DNA of 38,386 bases from a virus. Its lineage: Duplodnaviria; Caudoviricetes. Below the pieces are notes generated by a model. The model saw only the letters and a program-made list of their open reading frames with translations. It did no database searches and was not told the origin of the DNA. Both the position numbers and the translations under genes were made by a program. Shown here piece after piece: positions 15,990 through 23,965 of the stretch; within the stretch, counting starts at the first letter, position 1, and every line of letters starts with the position of its first letter. The stretch covers positions 1-38,386 of IMG/VR virus record IMGVR_UViG_3300012890_000085, one strand, 5' to 3'.

Positions 15990-16709
15990 ATGGAGACTAT
16001 AGAGATTAAATCGTTTAACGAGCTTAAAGACCACTTTCTCGCATGCACCTGCGGCCACCATGTTTTTCGTGGTGTACAAAACAAAAACTACCAGTTAATC
16101 CCGTCTGTTGGACGTGACAACAGATGGGATACAAATGAGCGAGAATCATTGACTAAATTTAAGCTGAGGGGAGTTAATAAAAGCTCTTATCAGCCTATTA
16201 ATGATTGGGAATGGCTCGCCATAGCGCAGCATCATGGCCTGCCAACTAGACTCTTGGATTGGTCTACTAGCCCTCTTGTAGCTGCCTATTTCGCTACGTT
16301 GCCTCAAGTAGACGGCTACGGAATCATTCAAGGATGTAATCCTGCAGGTGGCGCTGTTTACATTGCGCACTTCTGCCAGTACATTGATATTACATTGCAT
16401 AGCACCCCTTGGGAAATTAAAGAGCCTGGCTTTTTCTTCCCTCCTCACATAACTCCCAGAATTACAGGACAAGGTGGCTTATTCTCAATTCAACCTCTTC
16501 CCTGCGAGCCTTTTGAAAAAGATTTTGAAGAGGAACCTGCTTTAGCAATCAGCAAATTAGAATTTAGTGCAGAAACCGCATCTGAAATCCAACGCTCTCT
16601 TTTTCGCTTGGGCATACGTCACGATATGCTTTTCCCGGATTTAGATGGTATTGCAACTGGCATTAGGATTCAGTCTGCGCTCGGTGATGAGTTTCATGAG
16701 TCTTGCTAA
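15990..16709 (+). CDS. FRG domain protein (AT-rich moron)
   Basis: VFRGV...LIPSVGR...AQHHGLPTRLLDWSTSPLVAAYFA, RITGQGGLF and LFPDLDG motifs. Confidence 0.93.
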   Translation: METIEIKSFNELKDHFLACTCGHHVFRGVQNKNYQLIPSVGRDNRWDTNERESLTKFKLRGVNKSSYQPINDWEWLAIAQHHGLPTRLLDWSTSPLVAAYFATLPQVDGYGIIQGCNPAGGAVYIAHFCQYIDITLHSTPWEIKEPGFFFPPHITPRITGQGGLFSIQPLPCEPFEKDFEEEPALAISKLEFSAETASEIQRSLFRLGIRHDMLFPDLDGIATGIRIQSALGDEFHESC

Positions 16710-16714
16710 AAAAG

Positions 16715-16750
16715 AAAAAAGCCCTCAGTGGTAATCACTGGGGGCTTTTT
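16715..16750. terminator. Bidirectional terminator between the FRG and DUF2158 genes
   Basis: AAAAAAGCCCTCAGTG...CACTGGGGGCTTTTT. Confidence 0.85.
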
Positions 16751-16769
16751 AATGCTGTGATAGCTTAAA

Positions 16770-16970
16770 TTATTTCAAGCAATCTTCGTGAATTTTTAAG
16801 ACTTTAAATTCACAAGAGTTCTTATCCCAGTAAACACAGTTACAAGTAGCTGCCCCTTGGGAAGGAGGAGTATAAGTCAGTGCCCCAGAAGACCAGTATG
16901 CTGACACAATCATATTAGGGCCATCATTGGATTTTAACGAAACCGCAGTACCTATTGGGAATTTTGCCAT
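16770..16970 (-). CDS. YodC/DUF2158-like small protein (AT-rich)
   Basis: F.IG..V.LKS.GP.M.V...C.YW...F.....E..L pattern; own -7 box TATGTTTG at 17002-16995. Confidence 0.75.
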   Translation of the reverse strand: MAKFPIGTAVSLKSNDGPNMIVSAYWSSGALTYTPPSQGAATCNCVYWDKNSCEFKVLKIHEDCLK

Positions 16971-17012
16971 GTTGATTTAGGGGCGAGTACATCACAAACA
17001 TAGTAACTCTAC

Positions 17013-17753
17013 TCAAAACGGCAACTTCAGCGTCTTCTGAAATTCGTGCTTGCGCTTGGCCAGCTTGCTATCCTTCTTCTTCTGGATGGCATCGCCAAAG
17101 CAGCGCACCAGCAGCTCGAAGTCGGCCGCCTCGGCTTCCATGTTGCGGAACTCGGCCTGGCCGCCGGCGCCCGTGAAGGTGTCGGCCTGGATGAAGGTGA
17201 AGCGGGTGTCCTTCCAGATGGTGCGGTGGTGGTAGGCGTTCAGGGCCGAAATCCAGTAATCGCAGTTGCATTTGATGTCGGTGCTCCACCAGAGCTTCGA
17301 GCCGGCGAGCAGGCCCTGGGCGCAGCCGTTCACCCAGCCCGTGAGCTGGATGGGGTTCAGGGCCTTGTACATCGTGGGGTTGGGGTTGCTGTTGAACCCA
17401 AACAGGAACGAGCCCGACTGCTTGGCCGCGTAGGCCGTCTCGTTGATGATGGCCAGGATGCGGGCCTCGCTCTGCACGCTCACCGGCTCGCCGGCCGGCA
17501 GGTAGAGGCGCCGGAAGTCCGTTAGGTCATCATCGACCATGAGCAGGTTGCCGAAGTGCTTATACATCCAGTTGCGCTTGGCTTGCAGGCCCAGCACGCT
17601 GTCGGGGTGCGTGACCAGCTGCGCGCCCGGGTGCGCCGCGCGGTACTCGGGGGCCTGGCTCTCGGGGATGCACACGATGGCCGAGGGCAGCAGGCCGAGC
17701 GTGGCAATACGCCCGGCCCGCTTGTGGCTGGGAATGACTACTTCAACTTGCAT
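17013..17753 (-). CDS. GREB1-like / TET-associated-type glycosyltransferase (GT-A fold)
   Basis: VVIPSHKRA, KRNW, MVDDDL (DxD), DYWIS and F...GG motifs. Confidence 0.8.
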   Translation of the reverse strand: MQVEVVIPSHKRAGRIATLGLLPSAIVCIPESQAPEYRAAHPGAQLVTHPDSVLGLQAKRNWMYKHFGNLLMVDDDLTDFRRLYLPAGEPVSVQSEARILAIINETAYAAKQSGSFLFGFNSNPNPTMYKALNPIQLTGWVNGCAQGLLAGSKLWWSTDIKCNCDYWISALNAYHHRTIWKDTRFTFIQADTFTGAGGQAEFRNMEAEAADFELLVRCFGDAIQKKKDSKLAKRKHEFQKTLKLPF

Positions 17754-18361
17754 CGCTCCGAGAAGGCTTTGGCCTCGATTACGTGGGTCTGCCCCACTTC
17801 CTGGCTCTTGTAGCTCTGGCGCTTCTCCACGCCCAGCAGCTCACGCACGTTGTTCTCGTCTATCTCATTGCGGCACACAATGATGTAGGCGCTGTATTTC
17901 TCGCTGAACTCGGCCACGATGGGGTACTCCGGCTCGGCTTCCTTGCCGGCCCCGCCGGCCTCGGCTACCAGGGCATCCATCTCCGACAGCTGCACGCCCA
18001 TCTCATCGAGCACGTCGGCGTAGTCCTGGCGTAGAATCTCGTCAATCCACTCGCCCTCGTTCACGTTCGAGGCCAGGATGATTTTCTGGCGCACGGCGGC
18101 CGGCAGGGGCTCAGCGGCAATGAGTACGTTCACCTCGTAGGCGGGGCCATACATGCCCAGCAGCAGGTTGTGGCGCTTGTTGAAGGTGAGCAGCACGCCG
18201 TCGGTGTCAACGGTGGCCGCCTCGAACACCCCCAGCTCGCGCAGCTTGGTTTCCAGGCGCCGGCGCTTCTCCTGGGTAATTTTGCCGAACGGGTTGTTTT
18301 CGAGCGGCGTGAGCTGGTCGAGCCGGCGCGTGGCCGGCAGCCAGGTAATGGCTAGCTCCAT
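17738..18361 (-). CDS. ParB-N-like protein coupled to the glycosyltransferase gene
   Basis: L.PLENNP..IT......L...L.E.G...VD.DG.LL..NKR...N.NEGEW pattern; overlaps the GT start. Confidence 0.7.
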   Translation of the reverse strand: MELAITWLPATRRLDQLTPLENNPFGKITQEKRRRLETKLRELGVFEAATVDTDGVLLTFNKRHNLLLGMYGPAYEVNVLIAAEPLPAAVRQKIILASNVNEGEWIDEILRQDYADVLDEMGVQLSEMDALVAEAGGAGKEAEPEYPIVAEFSEKYSAYIIVCRNEIDENNVRELLGVEKRQSYKSQEVGQTHVIEAKAFSERCKLK

Positions 18362-18519
18362 AAAATAGCGGAGGGGGTACGGTGGCGGCGCTCCCGCTCG
18401 TGGGTGCGCTGCCGGTGGTGGTAATCGTGGCGGGCCGGGCGGGGGGCCTCCATGAGCCGGGGCGGGGTGCAGCTGGCCACCAGGCTCAGCAGCGCCAGCA
18501 GGGTCAGCAGCTGCCTCAT
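18352..18519 (-). CDS. Small lipoprotein (55 aa), not in the ORF track
   Basis: MRQLLTLLALLSLVASC lipobox then His/Arg-rich tail; ATGA overlap with upstream gene and overlap with downstream gene. Confidence 0.7.
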   Translation of the reverse strand: MRQLLTLLALLSLVASCTPPRLMEAPRPARHDYHHRQRTHERERRHRTPSAILWS

Positions 18520-19349
18520 GCCTGCGGCAGCGCCAGCTGCAAGTCGATGATGCTCAGCTCGGCTTCGAGGCGGCCCACCTTCTGGGCGTGCTCGCTGCGC
18601 TTCTCCTCCGTCTTGGCCTCGGTGGATGCCTTGCGGCTTTTGCTGACGCGGGAGCGCAGGCTGTTGCGCTGCTGAAGCAGGGCAGCCTTATCGACCACCG
18701 GGGCGGGCGCCGCGCCCGGGGCCGCTTCGCCGGCCACTGCCTCAGCAGCCTGGCCTACGGCCTGCGTAAAGGCTTCGGTATCTGCTGGGGCGATACCCAG
18801 CTGGCCGGCCACGTCGGCGGCCGGGGCCGGCTGGCCACCCTCCACTACGCGGCGGCGCTTCTCGGCCAGGGCGTTGTACTGGTTTTGCAGGCTCAGGATT
18901 TCGCCGACGACGCGGGGGCCCTCGGCCGGGTCGAGTTCAGCCAAACTGTTGCTGAGCTGGCACCGCTGGTTGTGGAGCCGGGACATGAGCTGCGTGAGGG
19001 CATCGACCTGGCTGGCTACCGCCTCCGGCACGTGCTCGGGGTCGGGCTGGGCGGGGAAGTCCTGGGCCGTGAGTACGGCGGCCACCTGCTGCACCGCCGG
19101 CACCGCGCCCTGCACGGCCTGGGCAAAGTGGTTGAGCACCTCGCTCACGGCTTCCATGTGGCCCCCGCAGCCGATTTTAACCAGCTCGTAATGCAGTTTC
19201 GCCCTGTTAGTAGCCGACTCCTTTTTGAGCAGGTTGTTGACCAGGCTCCGGTTGCCGCTGTGTTCCTGCAGGAGCAGCACTCCGGCGCGGTAATCGGCTG
19301 CTTCGCCGGCTTCGAGCCAGCTAACTATCTCTTCTAAGTCGTGTTGCAT
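18516..19349 (-). CDS. Conserved hypothetical coiled-coil phage protein (277 aa)
   Basis: WL...DYRAGVLLL...N..KLHYEL.K N-terminus; first gene after late-promoter copy 4. Confidence 0.7.
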   Translation of the reverse strand: MQHDLEEIVSWLEAGEAADYRAGVLLLQEHSGNRSLVNNLLKKESATNRAKLHYELVKIGCGGHMEAVSEVLNHFAQAVQGAVPAVQQVAAVLTAQDFPAQPDPEHVPEAVASQVDALTQLMSRLHNQRCQLSNSLAELDPAEGPRVVGEILSLQNQYNALAEKRRRVVEGGQPAPAADVAGQLGIAPADTEAFTQAVGQAAEAVAGEAAPGAAPAPVVDKAALLQQRNSLRSRVSKSRKASTEAKTEEKRSEHAQKVGRLEAELSIIDLQLALPQA

Positions 19350-19383
19350 TATCGGCAGGCGTTGATTTCAGGATGATTGAAAT

Positions 19384-19419
19384 CAAAGCTCGCCTAATCG
19401 GCAACCCGCTAATAGGACG
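19384..19419 (-). promoter_or_regulatory. Late-promoter motif copy 4
   Basis: CGTCCTA-N21-GAGCTTTG. Confidence 0.75.
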
Positions 19420-19422
19420 GAA

Positions 19423-19755
19423 TCAGAGCAGTTCGCGGAAGGTCTGCGCCACCTCCAGGTGGTCGCTGGTGGCCAGCCACTCGAAGGGCTCCAGGTCGCG
19501 GTTGATGCGCTGCAACCGCTCCTCGCTGGCCTCTAGCCACTCGTCGAGGCGAAAGCGCATGGTGAGCAGCAGCACCCGCGCACCCAGCGGGTTCTCCAAC
19601 AGTTTATCCAAGAGCTTGACCACCGCATCTACCTTCTTGGGCGGCAGCAGGTTCTCCAGCACTTCCATCAGCTCCGAATCAATGGAGATGCCCTGGGCCA
19701 GATAAGGGGCCAGGGGGTCAAGCCGCGAAGAGAAGATGTTAGCCGGAATGGGCAT
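19423..19755 (-). CDS. Hypothetical helical protein (110 aa), moron-like
   Basis: Clean ORF behind its own promoter and structured leader. Confidence 0.65.
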   Translation of the reverse strand: MPIPANIFSSRLDPLAPYLAQGISIDSELMEVLENLLPPKKVDAVVKLLDKLLENPLGARVLLLTMRFRLDEWLEASEERLQRINRDLEPFEWLATSDHLEVAQTFRELL

Positions 19756-19789
19756 GGCAGCGGGCCAGGGGAAAGCCGAGGAAGTCGCT

Positions 19790-19925
19790 GCGAATTACCT
19801 GGTACGTCAAAACGCCCCAGAAACTGCGGGACTTACACCCGCACGCTCCCCCGGCCGATTCCAAAGGGCTCGACCGGGGGCGTTTTTGACAAGAAGGGTA
19901 ACAGGTAATTCGCGGGGCGAAGGTA
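19790..19925 (-). ncRNA. Promoter (TACCTTCG 19925-19918) and three-way-junction leader RNA
   Basis: 12-bp perfect outer helix 19790-19801/19902-19913, inner helix 19806-19818/19877-19890, hairpins 19826-19842 and 19851-19877. Confidence 0.6.
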
Positions 19926-19930
19926 GCAAC

Positions 19931-19965
19931 AAAAAAGCCTCGCCTGATGAGAGGCGGGGCTTTTT
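19931..19965 (-). terminator. Terminator ending the capsid/tail-tube operon
   Basis: AAAAAAGCCTCGCCT-N6-AGGCGGGGCTTTTT. Confidence 0.85.
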
Positions 19966-19995
19966 GCAGTTACTGTTTGGCGCTAGCCTTGCGGC

Positions 19996-20211
19996 TTACT
20001 CTTTTTTTTTATCGGGGTCACTGGCTTCGGCCAGCGCCAGCGTTACCGGCGTGGTGCCGGTGGGCTCGGCCGCTACGCGCTCCAGCACGTGGGTTTTGCC
20101 AATGAGCTTCTCGGCCAGCGCGTCGTCAATCTGGTCGAGCGGGATGGTGTCACCGCCGAAGTTCAGGGCTTTAAGCCCCTTCGTGTTCACAAGTCTAAAC
20201 TGTTTCAGCAT
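19996..20211 (-). CDS. Small hypothetical virion-module protein
   Basis: 71-aa ORF between the tail tube-like gene and the terminator. Confidence 0.65.
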   Translation of the reverse strand: MLKQFRLVNTKGLKALNFGGDTIPLDQIDDALAEKLIGKTHVLERVAAEPTGTTPVTLALAEASDPDKKKE

Positions 20212-20240
20212 CGCAAAGAGCGGGTAAAAGCGTGGGGAGA

Positions 20241-20783
20241 TTAGCTACCGCTGACGACAGTGGCGGCGGCCTTAATCGGCAGGGCAGCCGTGTAGTAGTA
20301 GGGCACGTGGCCGAAGCCCTCGCCCGAGAACTTGAAGTCGGTGCCGTTTTTGTCCGAGCCCTTCTTGCCCGACTTGTAGTCGTGCTCGAATTTCACGCCC
20401 CGGTTTTTGTCGCCGCAGATGCGCACGTTGCCGTTGCTGTCGCGGCCGGCCACGATGAAATCGCCGTTGAGCGCCGCGTTAATCACGGCGTCAATCTTGG
20501 CGTCGCCCCGGGGCAAGTAGGTATTCAGCTCCTGCGTGATGCTCTGGTTGCCGGCGTCGCCGGTCGATTTGTGGTTGACCTCGCCCGTATCGGTGGCGAA
20601 GTCCCAGGGCACGAAGCCAGCGCCCGTCTTGGGCACGATGGCCTTGCTCAGGGTCACCTTGTCATCGTCGGGGTCGGGGAAGGTGAGCACGTCGCGCCGA
20701 CGCATCACGTGCAGGTCGGTCAGGCCGCCTGGGTTCGGGCACGAGTCAATCTCGATAGCCTCAATGGGAACTTGAACGCACAT
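20241..20783 (-). CDS. Major tail tube protein (probable)
   Basis: C.NPGG N-terminus, beta-rich, RDSNGNVRICG and SG....D.NG..F motifs; follows capsid. Confidence 0.6.
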   Translation of the reverse strand: MCVQVPIEAIEIDSCPNPGGLTDLHVMRRRDVLTFPDPDDDKVTLSKAIVPKTGAGFVPWDFATDTGEVNHKSTGDAGNQSITQELNTYLPRGDAKIDAVINAALNGDFIVAGRDSNGNVRICGDKNRGVKFEHDYKSGKKGSDKNGTDFKFSGEGFGHVPYYYTAALPIKAAATVVSGS

Positions 20784-20887
20784 AGTCAAGAAGTTAAAAA
20801 ACAGGCAGCAGCAAAGGCGGGGGTGAGATGGGTAGGCAATCAGGCAGCAAGGCCCCGGCCGCCGCCCGGCGGCCGGGGCTAGCCGGC

Positions 20888-21892
20888 CTAGCTGGCCGGC
20901 TCAGCGGCTTCGGCCGCGATGAGCGCCCGCCCGGCCTCCAGGGCCTTGTCGTTCGTCCACACGTACTCGGCAATAGCGAAGTCGGGCGCGGCCTCGAAAT
21001 CAGCCATGATGTCCACGTTGCGGCGGTTCTTCTCGATGATGAACGAGTTGGGGCCGCCCCCCAGCGGGCCGGTCATCCACACCAGGTTGTTGCGCAGGGT
21101 GCAGATAATGCCGCCCGTGTCGGCCAGGCCCGGCTCGGGCACAATCGTGATGTTGGTGCCGTCGAGCAGCTTGTGCTCGAAGCCGCCCGTGTTGTTGATG
21201 TTGCCGCCGAAGGTGGCGCGGTAGTCACGGTTGTAGAACTTGGCCGTGCTGGGCTCCACCAGCATCACCAAGTCCTTGTTGATGAGGTGCGAGGGCACCA
21301 GGTCGGCAATGCCTTCGAGCTGGTCGATGGCATTGGTCTGGGTAATCGGGGCACCGGCGTAAATCTGCTTGGCCGCGATAACGCCCGATTGCGACATCAA
21401 GGGCAACAGGCCGTTGAACACGCGGGACGCCTGCTTCTTGTCGGCGTTGTAGACGCCCTTGAACACGGCGTCGAGGTGCATTTCCTCCTTAGCCCGCTCG
21501 GCCAGCTTGTCGATGATGTACTGCTGAAACGGCACGTCGTACACGTTGCCGCGGGTGCTCTTGGCGATGCGGCCCAGGTAGCCCTTCCACATCGCGGTGA
21601 TGGTGGTGGGCGTCAGGGTGTAGTCGATTTTGCAGGCCCGCACCTGGCCGATGCGGTTCTTGAAGCCCACCGTGCCCTTGGGGTCGAAGGTATCCTTGCC
21701 GCCGGGCTGTAGCACCGACGTTACGAACATCTGGGTCAGGGCCAGCTGGTCGGTCACGTCGGGGTACAGCTCCATGTAGGCCAGAAACGACTGGTCCGTG
21801 ATGAGGATGGTGGTGAGCAGCGCCCCTGCCTCACGCAGGGTATAGCTGGCAATTTTGGAGCCGAGGCCCGAGAAGTCGATTGCTTTGTCCAT
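20888..21892 (-). CDS. Major capsid protein (probable)
   Basis: 334 aa following protease and scaffold; DVPFQQYI...FKGVY...FNGL segments compatible with HK97-fold capsids. Confidence 0.75.
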   Translation of the reverse strand: MDKAIDFSGLGSKIASYTLREAGALLTTILITDQSFLAYMELYPDVTDQLALTQMFVTSVLQPGGKDTFDPKGTVGFKNRIGQVRACKIDYTLTPTTITAMWKGYLGRIAKSTRGNVYDVPFQQYIIDKLAERAKEEMHLDAVFKGVYNADKKQASRVFNGLLPLMSQSGVIAAKQIYAGAPITQTNAIDQLEGIADLVPSHLINKDLVMLVEPSTAKFYNRDYRATFGGNINNTGGFEHKLLDGTNITIVPEPGLADTGGIICTLRNNLVWMTGPLGGGPNSFIIEKNRRNVDIMADFEAAPDFAIAEYVWTNDKALEAGRALIAAEAAEPAS

Positions 21893-21963
21893 GCTAGGAA
21901 TGCCAGCTAGTTATGCCGGAAATTTTAGCTAAAGGTGAATAAATGAGTTACTTGCCGGGCGGC

Positions 21964-22344
21964 CTACTTCTCGCCCAGGCGCTTCTTCGTGCTGGCAATT
22001 GCCGAGACCGAGAGTTTTTCCCAGGGCTCGCTGGCCTCCGGTTTGCCGTCGAGCGTGTTGCTCTCGTCCTCTTCGCGGCCATCGACAGTGGCCTGGTTTT
22101 TCTTCCACTCTTCGAGGGTGGCAGCTTTCTCTTCGGCCTTTTGGAGGCTGGCCGCCGTCTTTGCCTGCTCTTCCTGGGCCGTTTTGAGGGCGGCCTCCGT
22201 TTCGGAAACCTTCAGGTCGGCGGTAGTCTTCGCCTGCTCTAGCTGGGCAATCTGGTCCTCAGCAGCTTGCAGGTTGGCTTCGGTCACCGGGTCGGTGCCC
22301 GATTTGAGGTTCAGAAAGCCTAGGACTTTTGGGAATTTGACCAT
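21964..22344 (-). CDS. Scaffold-like coiled-coil protein
   Basis: Ala/Glu/Gln-rich coiled coil between protease and capsid. Confidence 0.6.
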   Translation of the reverse strand: MVKFPKVLGFLNLKSGTDPVTEANLQAAEDQIAQLEQAKTTADLKVSETEAALKTAQEEQAKTAASLQKAEEKAATLEEWKKNQATVDGREEDESNTLDGKPEASEPWEKLSVSAIASTKKRLGEK

Positions 22345-23345
22345 GTTGCGTTGAAGTTTTGGGTAAAGGATGAAGCGGAAGTTCCGCCGCCCGACTGCGC
22401 GAGCTGGGCGGCTTTGTTGACGGCATCTTGCAGCGAGCCGATGGCATCGACCAGGCCGTGTTTCTTGGCGTCCGAGCCCTTGTAGACCTTGCCCGTGAAC
22501 ACGTCCTCCTTAGTCGAGAGCTTGCCGGCGCGGCCCTGGGTCACGGCTGCAATGAAGGTGTCGCCAATCTGGTCGAGGTCAGCCTGCACGGCGGCACGCA
22601 CGGAGTCATCCATTGCCTCCACCGGGTTCACGCGGGCCTTGTCCACGGCGCGGCTGGAGCGCAGAATCTCCACCTTCACGCCCTGCTTTTCCAGGAAGAC
22701 CGACTGGTTGATACTCATGCAGAGCACCCCCAGCGAGCCCGCATACCCGGTCGAGGCCGAGTTGATGAAGATGTGGCTGGCCTGCGAGGCAATCCAGTAC
22801 GCGGCCGAGGCACCCAGCCCATCGATGTAGGCCACCACGGGCTTGCCGCTCTGGGCCACGGCCTGGGCCAGCTCCTCGGTGCCATCGACCTGCCCGCCGG
22901 GCGAGTCGATGTCGAGCACGATGGCCGAGATTTCGGGGTCTCGGTTGGCAGCTTGCAGCTGGGCCACCAGGTCTTTGGTACCCAGCGTGCAGTAGCCGCC
23001 GCGCTTCTGCACCGTGCCCTGAATGGGAATCACGGCCACTTTCGAGCCGCTGGTGTTGGCCGAGCCAGCCCCGCCACTGCGCCCGGCCAGCACCTGGGCA
23101 ATGCCCGAGGCCAGGTTCAGGCCGTGGCCCTGGGGCTGCACCTGCACGCCGGCCAGTTCGCCGGCCTCGGTGACCCACATGCTGGGGTAGCCCTGGGCAT
23201 CCACGTGGGCGTAGTGCCGCGGGCGGGCCTCGTCGGCGGAGAGCCCGGGCAGCCCCTTGCCCAGCCGGGCCAGGATGCGGCCCTTGGCCAGCGAGTAGAA
23301 CTTGGCCTCCAGGGCCCAGCAGGAACTAGTGAGTAGGTCGTACAT
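22320..23345 (-). CDS. S49 (SppA-like) prohead maturation protease
   Basis: VLDIDSPGG, ASAAYWIAS, AGSLGV, GLVDAIG motifs. Confidence 0.92.
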   Translation of the reverse strand: MYDLLTSSCWALEAKFYSLAKGRILARLGKGLPGLSADEARPRHYAHVDAQGYPSMWVTEAGELAGVQVQPQGHGLNLASGIAQVLAGRSGGAGSANTSGSKVAVIPIQGTVQKRGGYCTLGTKDLVAQLQAANRDPEISAIVLDIDSPGGQVDGTEELAQAVAQSGKPVVAYIDGLGASAAYWIASQASHIFINSASTGYAGSLGVLCMSINQSVFLEKQGVKVEILRSSRAVDKARVNPVEAMDDSVRAAVQADLDQIGDTFIAAVTQGRAGKLSTKEDVFTGKVYKGSDAKKHGLVDAIGSLQDAVNKAAQLAQSGGGTSASSFTQNFNATWSNSQKS

Positions 23346-23372
23346 GCGTAGAGCCCCCGGTGGGAGGCTCTA

Positions 23373-23408
23373 CAATGTTCGCTTTTTTAGCAGGCGAGGC
23401 GTAGGACG
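23373..23408 (-). promoter_or_regulatory. Late-promoter motif copy 5
   Basis: CGTCCTA-N21-GAACATTG, followed by hairpin 23348-23373 and ATG 23345. Confidence 0.75.
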
Positions 23409-23418
23409 GTTTTGGCGG

Positions 23419-23961
23419 CTACTTGTAGGTGCTGACGCGGGTGTACACCCAGGCCCCGCCAATGAGCACGCCGGGGGCGTAGCTGCCGCTGGTGTGCAGC
23501 TTCTGCACGCCCAGCGTGTGGGTGCCGGCCGGCAGCCCCCACACGGCGCCCAGCACCCGGCGCAGGTCGGTGTAGTCGTTCACAGCCAAGGCGTAGCTGG
23601 CCAGCACCTTGCCATCCAGCCAGAGGCGGATGGGGGCGTCGCTCTCGCAGCAGCCCAGCACCTGCACGCCCTCGCCCGGGGTGCCCGTCACCTGAAACGT
23701 GAGCGTGTAGGTGGGCAGGTCGGCCGCCGGGTCGTAGTTGTTCACGGCCACGGGGAAGGGCATCACAATGTCCTGGCGCTGGCTGGCCACCAGCCCATCC
23801 CACTGCCCAACCGCCGCCCAGCGGGTAGAGTTGGTGGCGATGCCCACGCGGGGCGCCAAATCGGGCTGGGCCGTGGCCCGGCGGGCCTGGTCAATGCCTA
23901 ATAACTTGCCCGTGGGGCCGGCCAGCGCCAGGCCATCGGGCCGAATCAATACGTTGTTCAT
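23419..23961 (-). CDS. Hypothetical beta-rich protein (possible receptor-binding accessory)
   Basis: 180 aa, co-transcribed with the fibre-like gene. Confidence 0.55.
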   Translation of the reverse strand: MNNVLIRPDGLALAGPTGKLLGIDQARRATAQPDLAPRVGIATNSTRWAAVGQWDGLVASQRQDIVMPFPVAVNNYDPAADLPTYTLTFQVTGTPGEGVQVLGCCESDAPIRLWLDGKVLASYALAVNDYTDLRRVLGAVWGLPAGTHTLGVQKLHTSGSYAPGVLIGGAWVYTRVSTYK

Positions 23962-23965
23962 CAGC

